Source: Octopus sinensis (lineage: Eukaryota). Taken from it: a stretch of DNA of 64,000 nt. Position 1 is the first letter of the stretch; each line of letters begins with the position of its first letter. The position numbers and the translations under genes are program-made. Below are positions 1 through 13,444 of this stretch, piece by piece. The notes under the pieces are model-generated. The model was not told where the DNA came from and did no database searches. It saw only the letters and a program-made list of their open reading frames with translations. Location: positions 38,502,001-38,566,000 of the forward strand of contig NC_042999.1 in NCBI RefSeq assembly GCF_006345805.1, given 5' to 3'.

Positions 1-40
<40 letters not shown>

Positions 41-44
<4 letters not shown>

Positions 45-370
45 ATATAGGAGGAGCTTCTACAGGGCTAGAACTGTTTCATTCAAGAGAAATCTTCAGG
101 AAGCTAGTTAACAAGAATTGTATTGGCATTTATACATTTAGGCAGGTTTAACGGGGTGCTGGTGGGGGACTTTTTTGGGGGGTCGGCATAGCGCAAAATA
201 TCATACTTGGGGGAGTGGTCAAGGAGTCAGTGTTAAATTAGATAGAAGAATAAATAAAAAGATAAAAAAATAAAAAATAAAAAATAAAAAAATAAAAAAA
301 TAAAAAAACCTATATATAAAAAGAACCTATATATAAAAAAAGGGGGAATAGAGTTTTAGGTAAATAAGGA
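41..370 (-). mobile_element. PLE pseudo-LTR fragment, family A, with HHR-like motif
   Basis: 41-136 is the reverse complement of 2885-2980 (96 bp, 2 mismatches). Minus strand reads CTGAAGA-tttctcttgaat-GAAAC-AGTT. Abuts (TA)n at window start. Confidence 0.65.
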
Positions 371-379
371 GATTCTCAC

Positions 380-1602
380 TTATACCTATGCACACATGTA
401 TACATACACACACATATACACACACATACATACATATACATACACACATACATACACACACATATATATACATATATATACACTTACCCATACACATACA
501 TATACATATCTACACATACACATATATGTATACATACACACACTCACATGCATACACGTATACACACATGTATATATACACACACGACCTCACATACATA
601 TACGCACAGAAAAATATATATACACATACACACACATACTCACATACACGCATACACACACATATCCACACACACACATGCACACACAGCACATTAGTCC
701 CTATATACACATATATACACATACACACACATATACACACACATACATACATATACATACATGTATATATATACATATGTGTACCTATGCAAACCTACAC
801 ATACACACATATATATACACATACAATACAGACCCATTCCCTAATTTTAATTTTATTATCTTCGTTTATTACTTTTGTTATCTTTGGCCGCTTGGTCACA
901 AACATCTTGGCTATGACAGCCAGTCCATTTATCTGTCTACTGGAAAACAAGCACTCATTCACTCACGCACACTCTTTAGCACGTACTCTCACTCATTCGT
1001 ACACTCATACACATACACGCACGCACGCGTTATATTCATACATACATCCATCTACATACATTCACGTATATACACATACGTACGCGTACCTACAGATTTA
1101 TGTCTACACTCTTAGAAGGCTAGTCTATATATATACACCAATACATATAAATACACACACATACATATACACCTACATACAAATACATACATGTATATAT
1201 AATATATATATATATATATATATTCACATATATATATACACATATATACACATACACATATATACACACACATACGCATACACACACATATACATATATA
1301 TACACTACACGCACATACACATGTACATGCGTACCCATACACACACACACACACGCGCGCATCCATATATACACATAAGTACACACATGCGTAAAAGTAT
1401 ACATATATCTATGCTTACACATACACACACACACACGCGCCTCCTTATATTCATACTTACATGCATACTCAAAAAATAAGTAAATAGTAAAATATATATA
1501 CGCGCAGTTATTCGTACATGCGTACTCAAAAAATAAATAATAAATATTAAGTATATGTACGTGCAGTTACCTATTATATAGACGGATACATACATACAAA
1601 CT

Positions 1603-1651
<49 letters not shown>

Positions 1652-2281
1652 TATATATATAATATACATATACATACATATATACACATACACATAACAT
1701 ACATATATACATACACATATATATACACACACACACATACACATACATATATACATATATATACATACTTACACACATGTACATATAAATACACACATAG
1801 ATAATCTACGTACCTACATATGCATAAACACACGAGCGTACGCGCATATTTACATATACAGATACACATACACACGCATATATATACATACATACATACA
1901 CATACACACATGTATACACACACACACATATATATATATATATTTATATATATATATACATACATATACACATATATATATATACATATATATATACATA
2001 TACATATATATATATGTACATACATATACACACACATACACATATATATACACACACACACACATACATACACACATACATACACATATACATACATATA
2101 CACACACGTATACACATATACATATACATATACACATACACACACATATATATACATGTGTGCAAACATACATACATTCTCATACAAGCAGACACACTTA
2201 CATTTACATATATACACACACTTACACACATATATACATACACATATACATACATACATACATACATACGTATATGCATAC

Positions 2282-2316
<35 letters not shown>

Positions 2317-2420
2317 CATACATACATACATATACACATACCCATACATATACATACACACATATACATATAGGGTCATATACCATGCACATACTTATAT
2401 CTCTACATACTCGCATATAC

Positions 2421-2451
<31 letters not shown>

Positions 2452-2739
2452 ATATCTATATTATATATAATATACATATACACACACATACATATACCTA
2501 TATACATGTATATATACACACATACACATATATACACATCTACAATTTGTATCTACACTCACATACCTGCACATACACATAACTCTACATACATACATAT
2601 ACATCGACATACTCGCGTACACTCATATATATACACATATATACATATACACACACACATACATATACATATACATATACATACATATACATAAACATAC
2701 ACATACATAATACACATATACACACACATACATATATGC

Positions 2740-2784
<45 letters not shown>

Positions 2785-2884
2785 TACATATACATATATA
2801 TATATATATACATACATACATACATACACATATACATACATGTACATATACACATACACCCACATATATATACACACACATACC
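380..2884. repeat. 2.5-kb compound (CA)n/(TA)n/(CATA)n microsatellite field
   Basis: Directly visible. Source of all poly-HT/YI/VC ORFs in 386-2903. One short non-repetitive island at about 830-960. Confidence 0.97.
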
Positions 2885-3050
2885 TGTATAAATGCCAATA
2901 CAATTCTTGTTAACTAGCTTCCTGAAGATTTCTCTTGAATGAAACAGTTCTAGTCCTGTAGAAGCTCCTTCTATATAATAATTAATTTTACTCTGCTATG
3001 TATTGAGTACCTTATTTACTGTGGTTAACCCCGAATCAACCCGGACCTAC
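2885..3050 (+). mobile_element. PLE pseudo-LTR 3-prime end, family A, with HHR-like motif
   Basis: CTGAAGA...GAAACAGTT at about 2921-2949, then tail ...gtggttaaccccgaatcaacccggacctac running into (TA)n. The tail recurs inverted at 46900-46980 and the HHR half at 48515-48552. Confidence 0.65.
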
Positions 3051-6000
3051 ATATATATTAATATATAATATATAATATATATATATATATTATTTATATA
3101 TATACGTACATATATATGTATATATGTATATATGTATGAGAGTGTATATATACAAACACACACACACGTACGCTCATCACGTCCACTTGTGTATGCCTGT
3201 TGCATTATTTCATTATATTGGGGCCTGTCGTATAGCAACTGGCATGACAAATTTTTACCCTTTATGTCCATATTCTATAAGGAAGATCTATTATTCTTTC
3301 CTCCGGTATCAACTTCGCAATTTTTAATATTCGCACTTTGTCATAACGTAATAAGCTAATATTTCGCCTAACGTTTCATCCATCATTCACGGATAGTCAT
3401 AAATCCTTTGCTTCTATTGATTGATGTTTTGAAAATTAATAATTTGCAGGGAATACATTGCCCTTATTTCTATACATCTTATTTTATGGGATATTTTGTG
3501 AATATCCTGTAATATAGAAAACAAACAGTTAAAGGCATTGATTGAAAATGCGGAGAAGTTTATTTTTTAAAAGTTAATAAGAAAACATTATATCCAATAT
3601 ACCTTAACCGTTTTATACGTTGCCTTTTATAATTCATTTTATGAAACACAAGCAAACGCGGGATGGACAGCTTTTAGTAATGATCATATATTGAACGTTT
3701 CCAAATAAAATTGCCGGGTGTAATATTGCAAAATTGCTTCTTTAGTTTTATTAGATATATGGAAACATTGAAATATTAGAGAAAAAGTATATACAAAGAT
3801 ATGAAAACACGCACAAAACCCAAAAGAAGTCCATGTTTAGAGAAACGATAAAAACGCGAAAAAGAAAAAAAAATATATGTGACAATATTTTGATAGGGCT
3901 TTGCACTCACGCTAAAACTATGACTCGTTCTTCAGGTGATATATCATTTTCCTGACAGTTATTGTGCATCTAGTTTTCTTATATGGAGTTTATCAACAGA
4001 AAATTATCTATACTATATTCCCTTGAATCAATCCATCATATAGTGTATATATATTTATTTATTTCTTATTAAATGTTGCGCTTGATTTTCATAGTTATTC
4101 AGTTTTTTTTTTCTTTTCTTCAGTACTTTGCTTTTATTGTAGTAGTGCTTTAATGAATATAATATAAGTTCGTTATTTGAGAATATTGAATGCACCTAAG
4201 AATTATTCTGGCATGGCTACTTGAATATCATTTGTTTGAAAACAACGTGATTGAAAGTAAAACCAACGCTGTATAAATATTTTGAAAACACGATATTTCG
4301 TTTTATCACTGTATTTTGAATATAGTAATATAATTTCATAATAAAAGTACGAAAAATCTAACAACTTACAAAGAAAATTGTATGCTAATAATACAATGCT
4401 CAACTTTTGCCTCCCAACATTCTATATTTTCAACTCTTTACTGATTCTGCCTACGGGTTCAGCCATGTTAGTGGCAAACATTACGTTACTAAGATGAAAG
4501 TGTTCCCTCATTTTATAATTTGGTTAAAGCGGAAAATATATAACTGAATCACGTTGAAAAATACAAGAAAACGGTTTCAAGGTTATGTTTTCTGAATACT
4601 TACAAGTTATCATTAATGCGATACTACTCTATACTTATTTGATTTGTTGATACTTATTACTGAAGAGCTTATACCAATAAGCAAATTATGAGTGAATGTC
4701 TTGTCACGCAGACTATCAAACAATGATCAGATTTTAGACTTAACCAAACAAGCTAAGTCTATTAACTCTTTACATTCAGTACTGATGTTTACATAGAATA
4801 CTGAAGATTCCTGTACGTAATTTCTAATAAGTTTTTCTTTTGTATGTGAGTTACTATTATGTTGTCAAATCCACCAGTTCATAGTAATGGTAGTTGGTTT
4901 CCTGATAAGAGAGCTTTTCGATGTGGCAGATACTAATATAAGCTTGATGTATTCGAGAGGACACATATTTGTGATAATCTAGTCAAAAAGGTTACAGCTT
5001 CTGTATGTGATATTTCAGACTCGATACGCGGTGTGCTAATACGAGTTTTAAAATATTGTATAAATCAGAACGGAATATTTTATGCATAAATAGGTGCTGT
5101 TAAATTATTCAAAATATTTTTTGTTTTGCTGATGTAGAATGATGCATTAAGTTGGTTGGTTTTGAGTGGGTCTGATTAGAAAACATGTAAACAAATTTGG
5201 CTCATGTTTACGTATTGACATTGAAAAATTACTCTGCTTGCATATGAAAGTGAAAAAAATCATATCAGAAATAATCATTCAGACCCTTTTTGAAACTAAA
5301 TCTACCATTATGCATAGGCATAAGAATATCGGAAATATTTATTCACGCAAGTATGATCAACTTTGAACAAGCAAGAAACGTAACGATTAATTCCCAAGAA
5401 GATAAAAGCGCCAAAAAGATCGTCAGTGTAAAGATTAATGATCTGAAATTGCCAGAACAGCCAATTGTTTGCGATCGAAGTTGACAACTGTCAGCCAAAT
5501 AGCTATACGTATAGAGCTTTAAACGCTAAGGGGGAGTAGCTACGTCTAACTAAGATGCGGGCTAATTTGCAAGGGTGTGTACAGCTCAAATGGCTTACTT
5601 GACTGGTAACCAATTAAAAAAACTAGCGAATGGATGCTTTGATAAGCGAGGGTAAAGGTGGAAGTGCACCGATGATGATCTGAAGGCAGAAGGATATTAA
5701 CTAGCGGGAAGGTGGGGGGGGGGTCGCTATGGTCTACTGGTCTACCAGCATACTTCTTGATTCAGAACAACAAATATCTTGGTGGGGTGGTTTTGTGGCG
5801 GGCGGGGCGCAAAATGCGACTAACTATGCATTGGTCTACATTCTTGAGACTACCCACATGTCAACAAAATTTGCCGTAGCGTACATGTACGTGCATGAAT
5901 GGACTGAAACATTTGCCAAAATGAAGTTACTTTACTCATTCATGACTCAAAATTCCCCCATCCTCAGAACTGCGCCAATGGCAAGTGCTCTGCTGTAAGT

Positions 6001-6401
6001 AGTAATTTTTGCACAGTAAGTAGTAATTTTTGGAATTGGACTTCATTTTCCTATTTCTTGTGATTCGGAGTTTCTGAAATATATTTCGATTTTCGTGTTT
6101 TCTAAATACATTTGCACAAATATATTACTTCGCTATGTTTTTTGTTACCTGCACATATATCAATTACGATAGTTCAGTAAAATAAGTTGTATAATATGTG
6201 AGATATAGCTAGATCATATCAGCGTGGATCGCAAGAGGGCAAATAAATCCAATCAAATAGAAGTAGCCTATTTTGTTGATTTTAAAGACAACATAACACT
6301 ACGTTCAAATACATTTTGAATGCAAATACTTTATGTAGATATATTCCTTCATCTAATCATTAACTTCGTTCCGAATCGCAAATTTCAATAGGCATTTTAT
6401 A

Positions 6402-6437
<36 letters not shown>

Positions 6438-6654
6438 ATATGTACGCACACACAACACGATTGTCAGTTGTTGAACGCGGCTGACGCTACATAAACCTGA
6501 TTATTGTGTAACGCATGAAATTACTGGTTCATTTGAATATTGTAAAATTATAAAATTGTTTCAATTGCAATCTAATAAACGGGAAAGTCGTTCTCAGTTG
6601 GAGTTTGACCGATTAGCATATTCTTCTATGCACGATCACAAAACCTCGGATATA

Positions 6655-6945
<291 letters not shown>

Positions 6946-6952
6946 CATATAT

Positions 6953-7497
6953 TCAGGGCGCGGTGAATATATTGTCATCTAAATTACACAAAAATGAAAA
7001 TAACACATATCTCATGTTAACAGATAATTTACACTCTAGTATTTCAAAATATTTTGAAATACTAGAGGGTAAATTTATTCAATAATCTTGCCATTAGCTT
7101 CAACCACGGTTTTCAGACTACTTCGGAATCTTTTGCAACTCTTCTGGATTGTTTCCTTGTTTATGTTGGTGAATATTGCCATAATCCTTGCCTTCAGTTC
7201 AACTTTGGTGTTAAAAGCAGTTTTGCTGGTCTCCCGCTCAGCTGCGCCCCCACACAGTAATCAAGGGGGTTCCAGTCTGGGGAGTTAGGTGACCAGATGT
7301 TAGGGGTGATTTGGTCGCAGAAATTGTCTGGCAGCCATGACTGTGTTCTCCTGCCTGTGTGGCAAGGTGCAGAGTCCTGTTGCCAGATGTAGGGTCTTCC
7401 AGCAGTGATTCTCTTCATCCAGGGCAGCACAACTCCTGCAGGTACTTGGTGTAGGCCTCTGTGTTGAGTCTGAGGCCGTGTAGGAAAATCAATGGAA
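6953..7497 (-). mobile_element. Tc1/mariner transposase 3-prime relic with one terminal repeat (maT/DD37D-like)
   Basis: Frameshifted translation GLRLNTEAY..LPWMKRITAGRPYIWQQDSAPCH..SPNSPDWNPLDY..VVEANGKIIE* (stop 7075-7077). TIR-like cagggcgcggtgaatatattgtc at 6954. Confidence 0.85.
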
Positions 7498-7499
7498 GT

Positions 7500-8030
7500 A
7501 AAACATTTATCAAGAAAAGGTCTTACAGCTGTTTCCAGGATATTTTATATATCCCTTCATCAGAGACGGTGCGAGAAAATGTTTGAGCATTAATTATTAC
7601 AGAGAAGATATGAAATACAGAAAGAAGTAAAATAATGAATGAGTGAGATAAATAAGGATATAGTATTTGCAGTTCCATTATTTAAGTAGAATGGTGTATA
7701 TAAGTGTTGAAAAATATCTTTTGTGGGCAGAAATCTTCTTGTACCTGGTGTATGAGTTCCAATAGTGGTTATATTTAGTCATTCCAAGCATAGAGCCTTG
7801 TAAACAATGTTTGTCGATCGAGTTTTTTTGTGTGAATACAAATATGTTGGTATTGTTAATAGATAGATAGAGGGAGAAGAGATGTGTATGATTAGAAAGA
7901 GGAGATAGGTCAAATCAAAAACACAAGAGAGAATGGGAGGAAAAAGAGAAGCAAAAGGGAGGGAGATAAAAAAGAAATGAAGAGAGAGGAAACAAAATGA
8001 GAGAGCGGGTGTTAGCTAGGTGAGTAGGAA
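7500..8030 (-). mobile_element. PLE pseudo-LTR arm ending in an HHR
   Basis: About 7590-8020 is the reverse complement of about 8580-9040 (roughly 80-85% by eye). HHR at 7520-7567. Same family as 53060-53235. Confidence 0.7.
7520..7567 (-). ncRNA. Type I hammerhead ribozyme motif, canonical core
   Basis: Minus strand: GTCT-CTGATGA-A-GGGATAT-ataaa-ATATCCT-G-GAAAC-AGCT-GTA-AGAC. Stem I GTCT/AGAC, 7-bp stem II, palindromic stem III ACAGCTGT, GUA cleavage triplet. Confidence 0.8.
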
Positions 8031-8034
8031 AAGA

Positions 8035-8460
8035 AAGAGCCTACCACACTTGTCTATATCAACTTAAATTCTTCATTCCACCTCAATTTTTACTATCAAA
8101 AGCAACACCCACTTAGGAAGAATTACAACCGTGTTTCGTGGCCTGCTACCACAACAGCTCCTTTATAGGATCCAGTTAGCTCAAGACATCATCAGGGGGA
8201 ACCACATCCGGTTTCGGCCCCTACTCCTCTACCGTTTTGACGTGGCGCCCCCCCCCCCCTTTCGGAGGTGTCTTCAGCTCCGGTGTTGGGTGTATGTCTT
8301 CTTTCTTCATCTTTCTTCTGTTCCCTGGCCTCTTCGATGTATCGTCAGCGAGTGTCAGCCGGCGACTGACTGTCTTGTCAAATTTCTCCATTTAAATACC
8401 TGCCGCATAGGCTCCACACACCTTTTCTCTACCCTTTCTGTACCTATCCCTTAGTAAAGC
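8035..8460 (-). mobile_element. PLE-like terminal fragment with two decayed HHR-like motifs
   Basis: Plus-strand gtttcg...catcag (8133-8192) and gtttcg...cttcag (8209-8277) are antisense CTGANGA/GAAAC boxes. Stem I not recoverable. Confidence 0.4.
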
Positions 8461-8559
8461 TTTGTCACACCACTCCTCACATATCTCACACTCTTTTATT
8501 CCTTACCCCTCTCATCTCTTCTTCTCTCCTCCAACCGCTCATCTTCCTCCTATCACTTT

Positions 8560-9060
8560 ATTCTGACCACTAGCTAACACCTCCTCACCTCTCCCGTTCT
8601 CCAATCACATTATTCTGGCTCTCTCTTCCTTTCCTTGTGTCTCCCTCGCTTTTGCTTCTTCTATTTTTCCTCACATTCCCCCTTCCTGTTTTTGATTTGA
8701 CCTATCTCCTCTTTCTAATCATAAACATCTCTCCTCCCTCTATCTACCCATTAACAATACCAACACATTTTAATTCATACAAAAGAAAACAAAAAACTCT
8801 CGATCGACCAACACTGTTTACAAGGCTCTATGCTTGGAATGACCAAATATAACCACCATTGGAACTCACACACCAGGTACAAGAAAATTTCTTCACCAAA
8901 AATTTTTTTCACCACTTATATCCACCATGTTTACTTGATTAATGGAATTGAAAATACAGTAACCTTATGTATCCGACTTCTATATTCATTCTCTTACTTC
9001 TTTCTGTATTTAATATCTTCTCTGCAATAATTAATACATTTTTTCTATATATGAAGCGCA
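8560..9060 (+). mobile_element. Second, inverted arm of the 7500-8030 pseudo-LTR
   Basis: Shared blocks such as caaggctctatgcttggaatgaccaaatataaccac and tttgatttgacctatctcctctttctaatcata. HHR end degraded. Confidence 0.65.
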
Positions 9061-9198
9061 TGTGAGTTGTGCCACGGAGATCCACAGAAGTAATATCGTA
9101 TGAGGTCATAGTATACCACTAAATTACGTATTTTATTAACAACTTTGAATGAACTTTCACAATCTGTTAAATTGTGCTATGCTAATATGCTTCAACGT

Positions 9199-9446
9199 GG
9201 AGGCGTGTGGCTTAGTGGTTAGGGTGACAGCATCATGATCGTAAGATTGAGGTTTCGATTCCTGGACCGGGCGACGCGTTGTGTTCTTTAGCAAAATACA
9301 TCATTTCACGTTGCTCCAGTCCACTCAGCTGGCAACAATGAGTAACGCTGTGATGGACTGGCGTTTCGTCCAGCTGGAGAACACATACGCCATTGAAACC
9401 GGGAAAGCGGATCCATGAACCTGGCTAGGCTTTAAAAGGGCGCATT
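9199..9446 (+). mobile_element. tRNA-derived SINE (family B)
   Basis: A box tggcttagtggttag, B box ggtttcgattcc, body gttgctccagtccactcagctg shared with 20392-20730. Confidence 0.9.
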
Positions 9447-9461
9447 TATTATTATATTTAA

Positions 9462-9850
9462 CTGGCAGTATCGCCCGGCGTTGCTCGGATTTGTAAGGGA
9501 AATAACTATGAGGCATTTTTAGAGAGTTATAGCCAAAAAATAGCAAAAAATGCATTAAAAATGGAAAAAAAATTATGGTAACTTTTTTTTTTAATCCTTG
9601 ACTCATCGTAGACATTTTTAGAGAGTTACTTCCCTTTATTAAAAAAAATATGCGTTAAAATGGAAAAAATGATGGTAAATTATTTAAAAAATCGTAGACT
9701 CATCGAAGACGCGCTCTACCCAGAAGGGCTCGATATGAATCACGACTATAAGATACTCGGTTTTGGTTAAACTGCATCGCAAAATGTGGGAGTAGTTAGG
9801 AATCTAAATCGGGGTAGACAAACACACAACCTTTCTTTAATATATAAAGA
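9462..9850 (-). mobile_element. Non-autonomous Helitron
   Basis: Minus strand starts TC after a host A and ends with GC-rich hairpin (ccgagcaacgccggg) plus CCAG before a host T. Internal ~95-bp tandem duplication. Second copy at 42669-43030 ends in canonical CTAG. Confidence 0.8.
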
Positions 9851-10469
9851 TATGTTTCGACGTGCAAATATTATTTTCTTGCATAAATAACATTTTACGT
9901 GTTGACAAATACCTCATCTTGAATTCGAAAATAATAGGAGTTTATAGGAATCTCATATGTGATTAATTTAGAATTTCTTCGAGGTAGGTGATGTTATCTA
10001 AAAATATACTGTGAACAAACGTGTTTAAGAAAATAATAATAAATTAACTAGTAAAATTTGGAAATTTATTACATTCATTTCCAATAATTTCTTTCAAATA
10101 TATATTTTCTTTGATCGTATGTGTTCATGCTTCTTCTTAGAGTGCCGCGAACAATATCTAAATACAATTTCCTCATGTACGTATTTTAAAAACACATTTT
10201 CTTTCTTTGTCTCCTATTGCTACCTCACAAACATAATTTTCATTCAACTGTTTTCTATGTAAAACACGATGTTTTATATTTGTAATAACGTTCTTTCACG
10301 AAGAGAAACTTTTGAAATGTGTTGTTCACGATGTTCGTTGACAAAGATCTCATCGTTTCAATATATGCTTAAAAAAAAAAAAAACATGTACACGGCTTTG
10401 GTCGATTCAAATTCTTCTTGCATTTTCTTTTGATTGTGAATATTACTTTTGAAGATGATGATAACTATA

Positions 10470-10487
10470 GCAACAATAAGCTACTGC

Positions 10488-10560
<73 letters not shown>

Positions 10561-10689
10561 GCTACTGCTGCTGCTGCCGCCGCCGACATCATCACTTCCA
10601 CCACCTTCACCACCACCACCACCATAAACACCACAAGTAACAACAACAGAAGCAGCAGTACAATAATAATAATGATAATAATAATAATA

Positions 10690-10741
<52 letters not shown>

Positions 10742-10760
10742 GTAATAATAATAATAGTAA
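10470..10760. repeat. Compound trinucleotide array (CAA/CTA/CTG/CCG/CAC/TAA)
   Basis: Directly visible. Source of poly-Q/L/V/Y/I ORFs. Confidence 0.97.
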
Positions 10761-10819
10761 TTTCGTTTTTGTATTTGATTTGCAATACTCTTTGTGAATT
10801 TGTGAATTCGTGTGTTGAT

Positions 10820-11832
10820 GCATATTATGTCGTGTCTGGGGAGAGTCATTCTATTTTAATGCCTTATTAATTAACACACTCACCGGTTCGATTTCCACTC
10901 ATTTACTTACTTATTGTTTCTAAAATTTTCGTTACCGATTGCAACCTCTTCAATAGTGGTTATCGGAGTTGCGTTTTATATGTTTGTTTGTTTGTTTGTG
11001 CGCATGTGTATGAGTCAGTGTGCATGTTTATACACACATGTGTGTGTATGTGTATATGCATGTGTGCATGTATGTATATGTATGTAGCTATGTATGTATG
11101 CATGTGTGTATCCATATATCTATGTATGCTAGTGCGTACGTTTGTATGTATGTATTCTGCATATTCGTGTGTCCATGTTTGTGTGTTTGTATGCAAGCAC
11201 GTTCTATGCTCCTTGTAAAGACAAGAACATGACATACATTGGTGAGACATTTGGAAGCATTGCGGAGAGACTAAATGTACATTTCAGACAATATGACGAA
11301 AAAATAAAAAACAGTCCTCCATAGTCTTACAACATGCCAAAGACCAATATGGGGGCACACTGGGTCGACTTGATATCCAAATTTTATTCAAATACCGTAA
11401 GTACCCAACACTCAGACAAATACAGGAGTACGTCGTCCTAAAGGAAACATCCCCAGTACTAAATAGGAAATATACGTAAAGGATAGTGACAGTCCAATAC
11501 ACACATGCACACTTTACACACACACAAACACATGAAAACACATAATTATGCAAAATATATACATACAAACATACACACACGTATACATACATATATACAT
11601 ACACATACATACATACTCATGTGTATGCAAATGCACACTGACGCACACGCATGTGCAAAACAAAAAAAAACGCAGCCCCAATAGCGGACAGAGTCATCGC
11701 CTAAAGAATAATTTGCGAGAAGCAACGAAAATTTTAGGCAAAATATATAAGTAAATGAGTGGAAATCGAACTGGTTAATGTGTTAATTAATAAGTAATTA
11801 AAACAGAATGACTTTCCCTAGATACAACAAAA
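10820..11832 (+). mobile_element. 5-prime-truncated PLE: inverted pLTR + GIY-YIG relic + pLTR
   Basis: 10838-10956 and 11700-11830 are outward-pointing inverted copies (gaaaattttag...gtaaatgagtggaaatcgaac..gtgttaattaataag). Decayed HHR at 10920-10956. Confidence 0.65.
11200..11479 (+). pseudogene. GIY-YIG endonuclease C-terminal relic (PLE)
   Basis: CKDKNMTYIGETFGSIAERLNVH, then frameshift to VLQHAKDQYGG..IQILF..PTLRQIQEYVVLKETSPVLNRK*. Confidence 0.75.
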
Positions 11833-11859
11833 TAATTCTGTAGCCACAACAGGAGTTTC

Positions 11860-12607
11860 TGGAAAAAATATGTGGGATTGACTGCAGGAAGGAGCCCTAA
11901 AAAAAGAGACCGAAAACACTATACTGGCATAGCAGGACCAAGTTCTGGCCATGAACTGGTGGGTCAACCTGAGGGATGAGCAAGTGTCTCCTCTGTGTCG
12001 CATCTGCAATATCACGAACGAATACCCTAGACTTGACTAAAACCACTACATGTTGTGGCAACACGACCAAGCTCCGAAAGTGCTACATTAGAAACCTTGC
12101 GAAAAGTGAGGTCTAGAGAGAGGCATGAGCACAAACCGCAGCGAGTGACAGAGTCGGAGACTAGCAAAATTCTCTGGAATTACCCAATCCAAACGCATCA
12201 GTTGCTAGATGATAACAGACAGGATTTAGTGGTGGTGGGCAATGTGCACCACATATGCTATATTGTTGATGTTGCATGTCCCTTTGACCCATGAATAATC
12301 AGGAATGAAGATGAAAAGTTAAGTACGAAATAGTCGGGCTATGGAAAATGAAGAAGATATAGATTTTTACCAATCATCTTTACCTCCTTTGGAACAGTAC
12401 CAGAAAGCATCAAGAGGAATATAAAGGAAATAGGAATAGAGTGCCCAGAAGAACTGTTACAAAAGGTTTGCCTCCTTAGCACGGCCAGAATAATCAGTAA
12501 AGTATTAGATAGGTGAAAAGAACTGCAGCGTAGGCTGCAGGTAGTAAATTCTCTACATATGCAAGACTTAAGGAGCTCCAATAAACCTGTGATAAAGAGA
12601 TGATAAT
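11860..12607 (+). mobile_element. RLE-type non-LTR retrotransposon 3-prime end (R4/Dong-like)
   Basis: Degenerate LKKETENTILA*QDQ, Zn-knuckle SPLCRIC, KILWNYPIQTH..NRQDLVVV..CYIVDVACPFD (PD-D/ExK region), LQKVCLL.TARII.KVLD*. 3-prime UTR stem-loop ctgcagc-gtag-gctgcag, then (TAA)n. Confidence 0.85.
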
Positions 12608-12829
12608 GTTGATGATGATGATGATGATAAAAATAATAATAATAATAATCATAATCATAATAATAATAATGATAATAATGATAATAATAATAATGATGAT
12701 AATAATAATAATAATAATAATATTAATAATAACAATAATAAAAATAATGATAATAATAATAATAATTATTATTATTATCATTATTATTATTGTCATTATT
12801 ATCATTATTATTTTATCATCATCATCAAC

Positions 12830-12975
12830 ATTATCATCTCTTTATCACAGGTTTGTTAGAGCTCCTTAAGTCTTGCATATGTAGAGAGTTTACTACCTGC
12901 AGCCTACGCTGCAGTTCTTTTCAGCTATCTAATACTTTACTGATTATTCTGGCCGTGCCAAGGAGGCAAACCTTT
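12830..12975 (-). mobile_element. Inverted 146-bp copy of the R4/Dong-like 3-prime end
   Basis: Reverse complement of 12462-12607 with 5 mismatches. Confidence 0.9.
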
Positions 12976-12977
12976 AC

Positions 12978-13079
<102 letters not shown>

Positions 13080-13099
13080 CATTATTATTATCATCATTA

Positions 13100-13302
13100 T
13101 TTCTACTCTAGGCGCAAAGCCTTAGATGTTTTTTCTGAGTAAGGGGGCTAGTCGATTACATCGACCTCAGCGCGTATCTGGTTCTTATTTTTTAGACCCC
13201 GAAATCTTGAACTCGGCAGAATTTGAACACCTAACGTCGCGACAGAATAAATGCCACTAAGCATTTTGCGCAGCGTACTAAAGACTCTGTCAGCTCATTG
13301 CC
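13100..13302 (-). mobile_element. tRNA-derived SINE (family C), degraded
   Basis: Antisense of gagctgacagagtc...gttcaaattctgccgag. Homologous to 34371-34665. Confidence 0.75.
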
Positions 13303-13311
13303 TTAATAATG

Positions 13312-13360
<49 letters not shown>

Positions 13361-13413
13361 ATACATACATATACATACATACATACATAGATTCTTTTAT
13401 TGTAAATAATAAC

Positions 13414-13444
<31 letters not shown>

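Noticed and set aside
830-960. Non-repetitive island inside the microsatellite field, possible micro-exon
   Set aside because: No convincing splice-site pair and no recognisable peptide.
5330-6030. Slightly GC-richer stretch with short ORFs (5290-5484, 5729-5998), possible DNA transposon relic
   Set aside because: No transposase motif or terminal repeat pair could be identified by eye.
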